Of a stretch of 24,003 bases of DNA, positions 22,894-24,003 are shown one piece after another. The DNA is from Patellaria atrata CBS 101060. Its lineage: Eukaryota. Positions within the stretch are counted from its first letter, which is position 1. Each line of letters opens with the position of its first letter. The position numbers and the translations under genes are program-made. The DNA is taken from NCBI GenBank assembly GCA_010093705.1, contig MU006103.1:655121-679123 (forward strand), written 5' to 3'. Below the pieces are notes generated by a model that did no database searches, had not been told where the DNA came from, and worked only from the letters and a program-made list of their open reading frames with translations.

Positions 22894-23541
22894 CTATCTA
22901 TCCACTAAAGGAATTTCTATATATACTGAAGAGCTACGGAGAACACGTATCCAAATCTCCATATATCTAATAGCCGTTGAGATATCTGTTGAGATAGTGG
23001 GGTAAGTTGAGGACGAAACAAATAATTGGTGAAGAGAGACTTTTTCGTGCTCCATGCTACTCCGTGGCTGACATCTGACAGATAACCTTAGTTGACAGAT
23101 CCACCAAAGGACCCATATTTCAACATTACCCCTGGTCGCCAGTAGCACCAATACTCCAACAGCTCCACCATCTAACAGCTGCCATCCTGTCTTAATGTTG
23201 GATAACGCTGCAGGTCGCATGCGTCTAGAGCTTCTAAAGTAAACCTATGGCATCTCATCCGAGAGCGTCTGATCCTTCAATGCATGCAGCTACAATCTTT
23301 AGCATAGTTCAATTCTAGTGCCCCGGCGGCAACCATAGGCTTGAGAATACCGCGTCATGGGTGGTGCGGCAATTCTGACAAAGATACTGATCCCAGACAG
23401 AATGTGATTACCCATGTAGACCGTCACCCTATCGCATCGCAAATTGGAGCTCTGGGGATGAAATCTTGAAATTGTGATACACATATTAACCTCAGCCTCG
23501 ACTTTGTTCTCACAGGGGAAAAGGAAGTGGGATGAATGCAT
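22894..23541 (-). pseudogene. Possible highly degraded ankyrin-repeat gene relic
   Basis: Fragments in different minus-strand frames resemble ankyrin consensus pieces: EAEVN, ILKPMVAAGA, AALSNIKTGWQLLDGGA, LLATRGNVEI. Many stops; weak resemblance only. Confidence 0.22.
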
Positions 23542-24003
23542 ACGGCTATCGAAAAGTTCCCGTGCTGCGGTTTTCGTGAGATGACGATTATCATCTTTCT
23601 ATAGGGTTATAGGTGTCGCACAGCGTATGATGATTTTGCTGATTAGATTACGCAGTAGAAAGTTAGTTTGGGGGCGATATTCATTCCGGTTTGTCAATTG
23701 ATCCAATGCAGTAGGTCAGAAGAAATCATGTAGTACAGATGTTCGTTACTACAAGATGCAGTCAGAAAGAAATCTAAGACAAGAAGTGCGACATGATATA
23801 CAGTAAGGGTCTTGTTCGAACCCTCATGTATTTAAACACTCGTTAGAACAGTTGTTAAATGTTAGATGGTGGAGCTATCGGGGTGTTGATTCTTGTGGTA
23901 ACCAGGGGTAGTGAGCTAGTCGCTTATACCACCACAATTACGGTATCGTCGTAACCTAGGGTTTCTAAACTAACATAACACTATCTTTTAGTTCTTGTGT
24001 TGG

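Overview
Eukaryotic DNA from a filamentous ascomycete (short GT-AG introns, Zn2Cys6 factor, PTH11-like protein) that looks like an accessory region. Four spliced genes can be reconstructed intact: a secreted GH43 xylosidase/arabinofuranosidase (2036-3779 +), a Zn2Cys6 transcription factor (9389-7660 -), a DHA2-type MFS drug/toxin exporter (18622-16344 -) and a PTH11-like membrane protein (21333-22730 +). Between the regulator and the exporter lie two co-oriented dead enzyme genes: a DUF829/PaxU-like alpha/beta-hydrolase-fold gene broken by two slippage insertions, and a cytochrome P450 with frameshifts, stops and loss of the heme Cys. Both are preceded by palindromic CCG-N8-CGG sites. This reads as a decaying secondary-metabolite or detoxification cluster that kept its regulator and pump. 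It is interrupted by a (CCATCAT)n satellite containing a 100-N assembly gap and by a frameshifted PD-(D/E)XK-like gene on the opposite strand. An orphan ORF at 4943-5341 contains about four degenerate ~28-aa repeats whose best-matching copies differ only at third codon positions over six codons. All calls come from manual reading; no database search was run.
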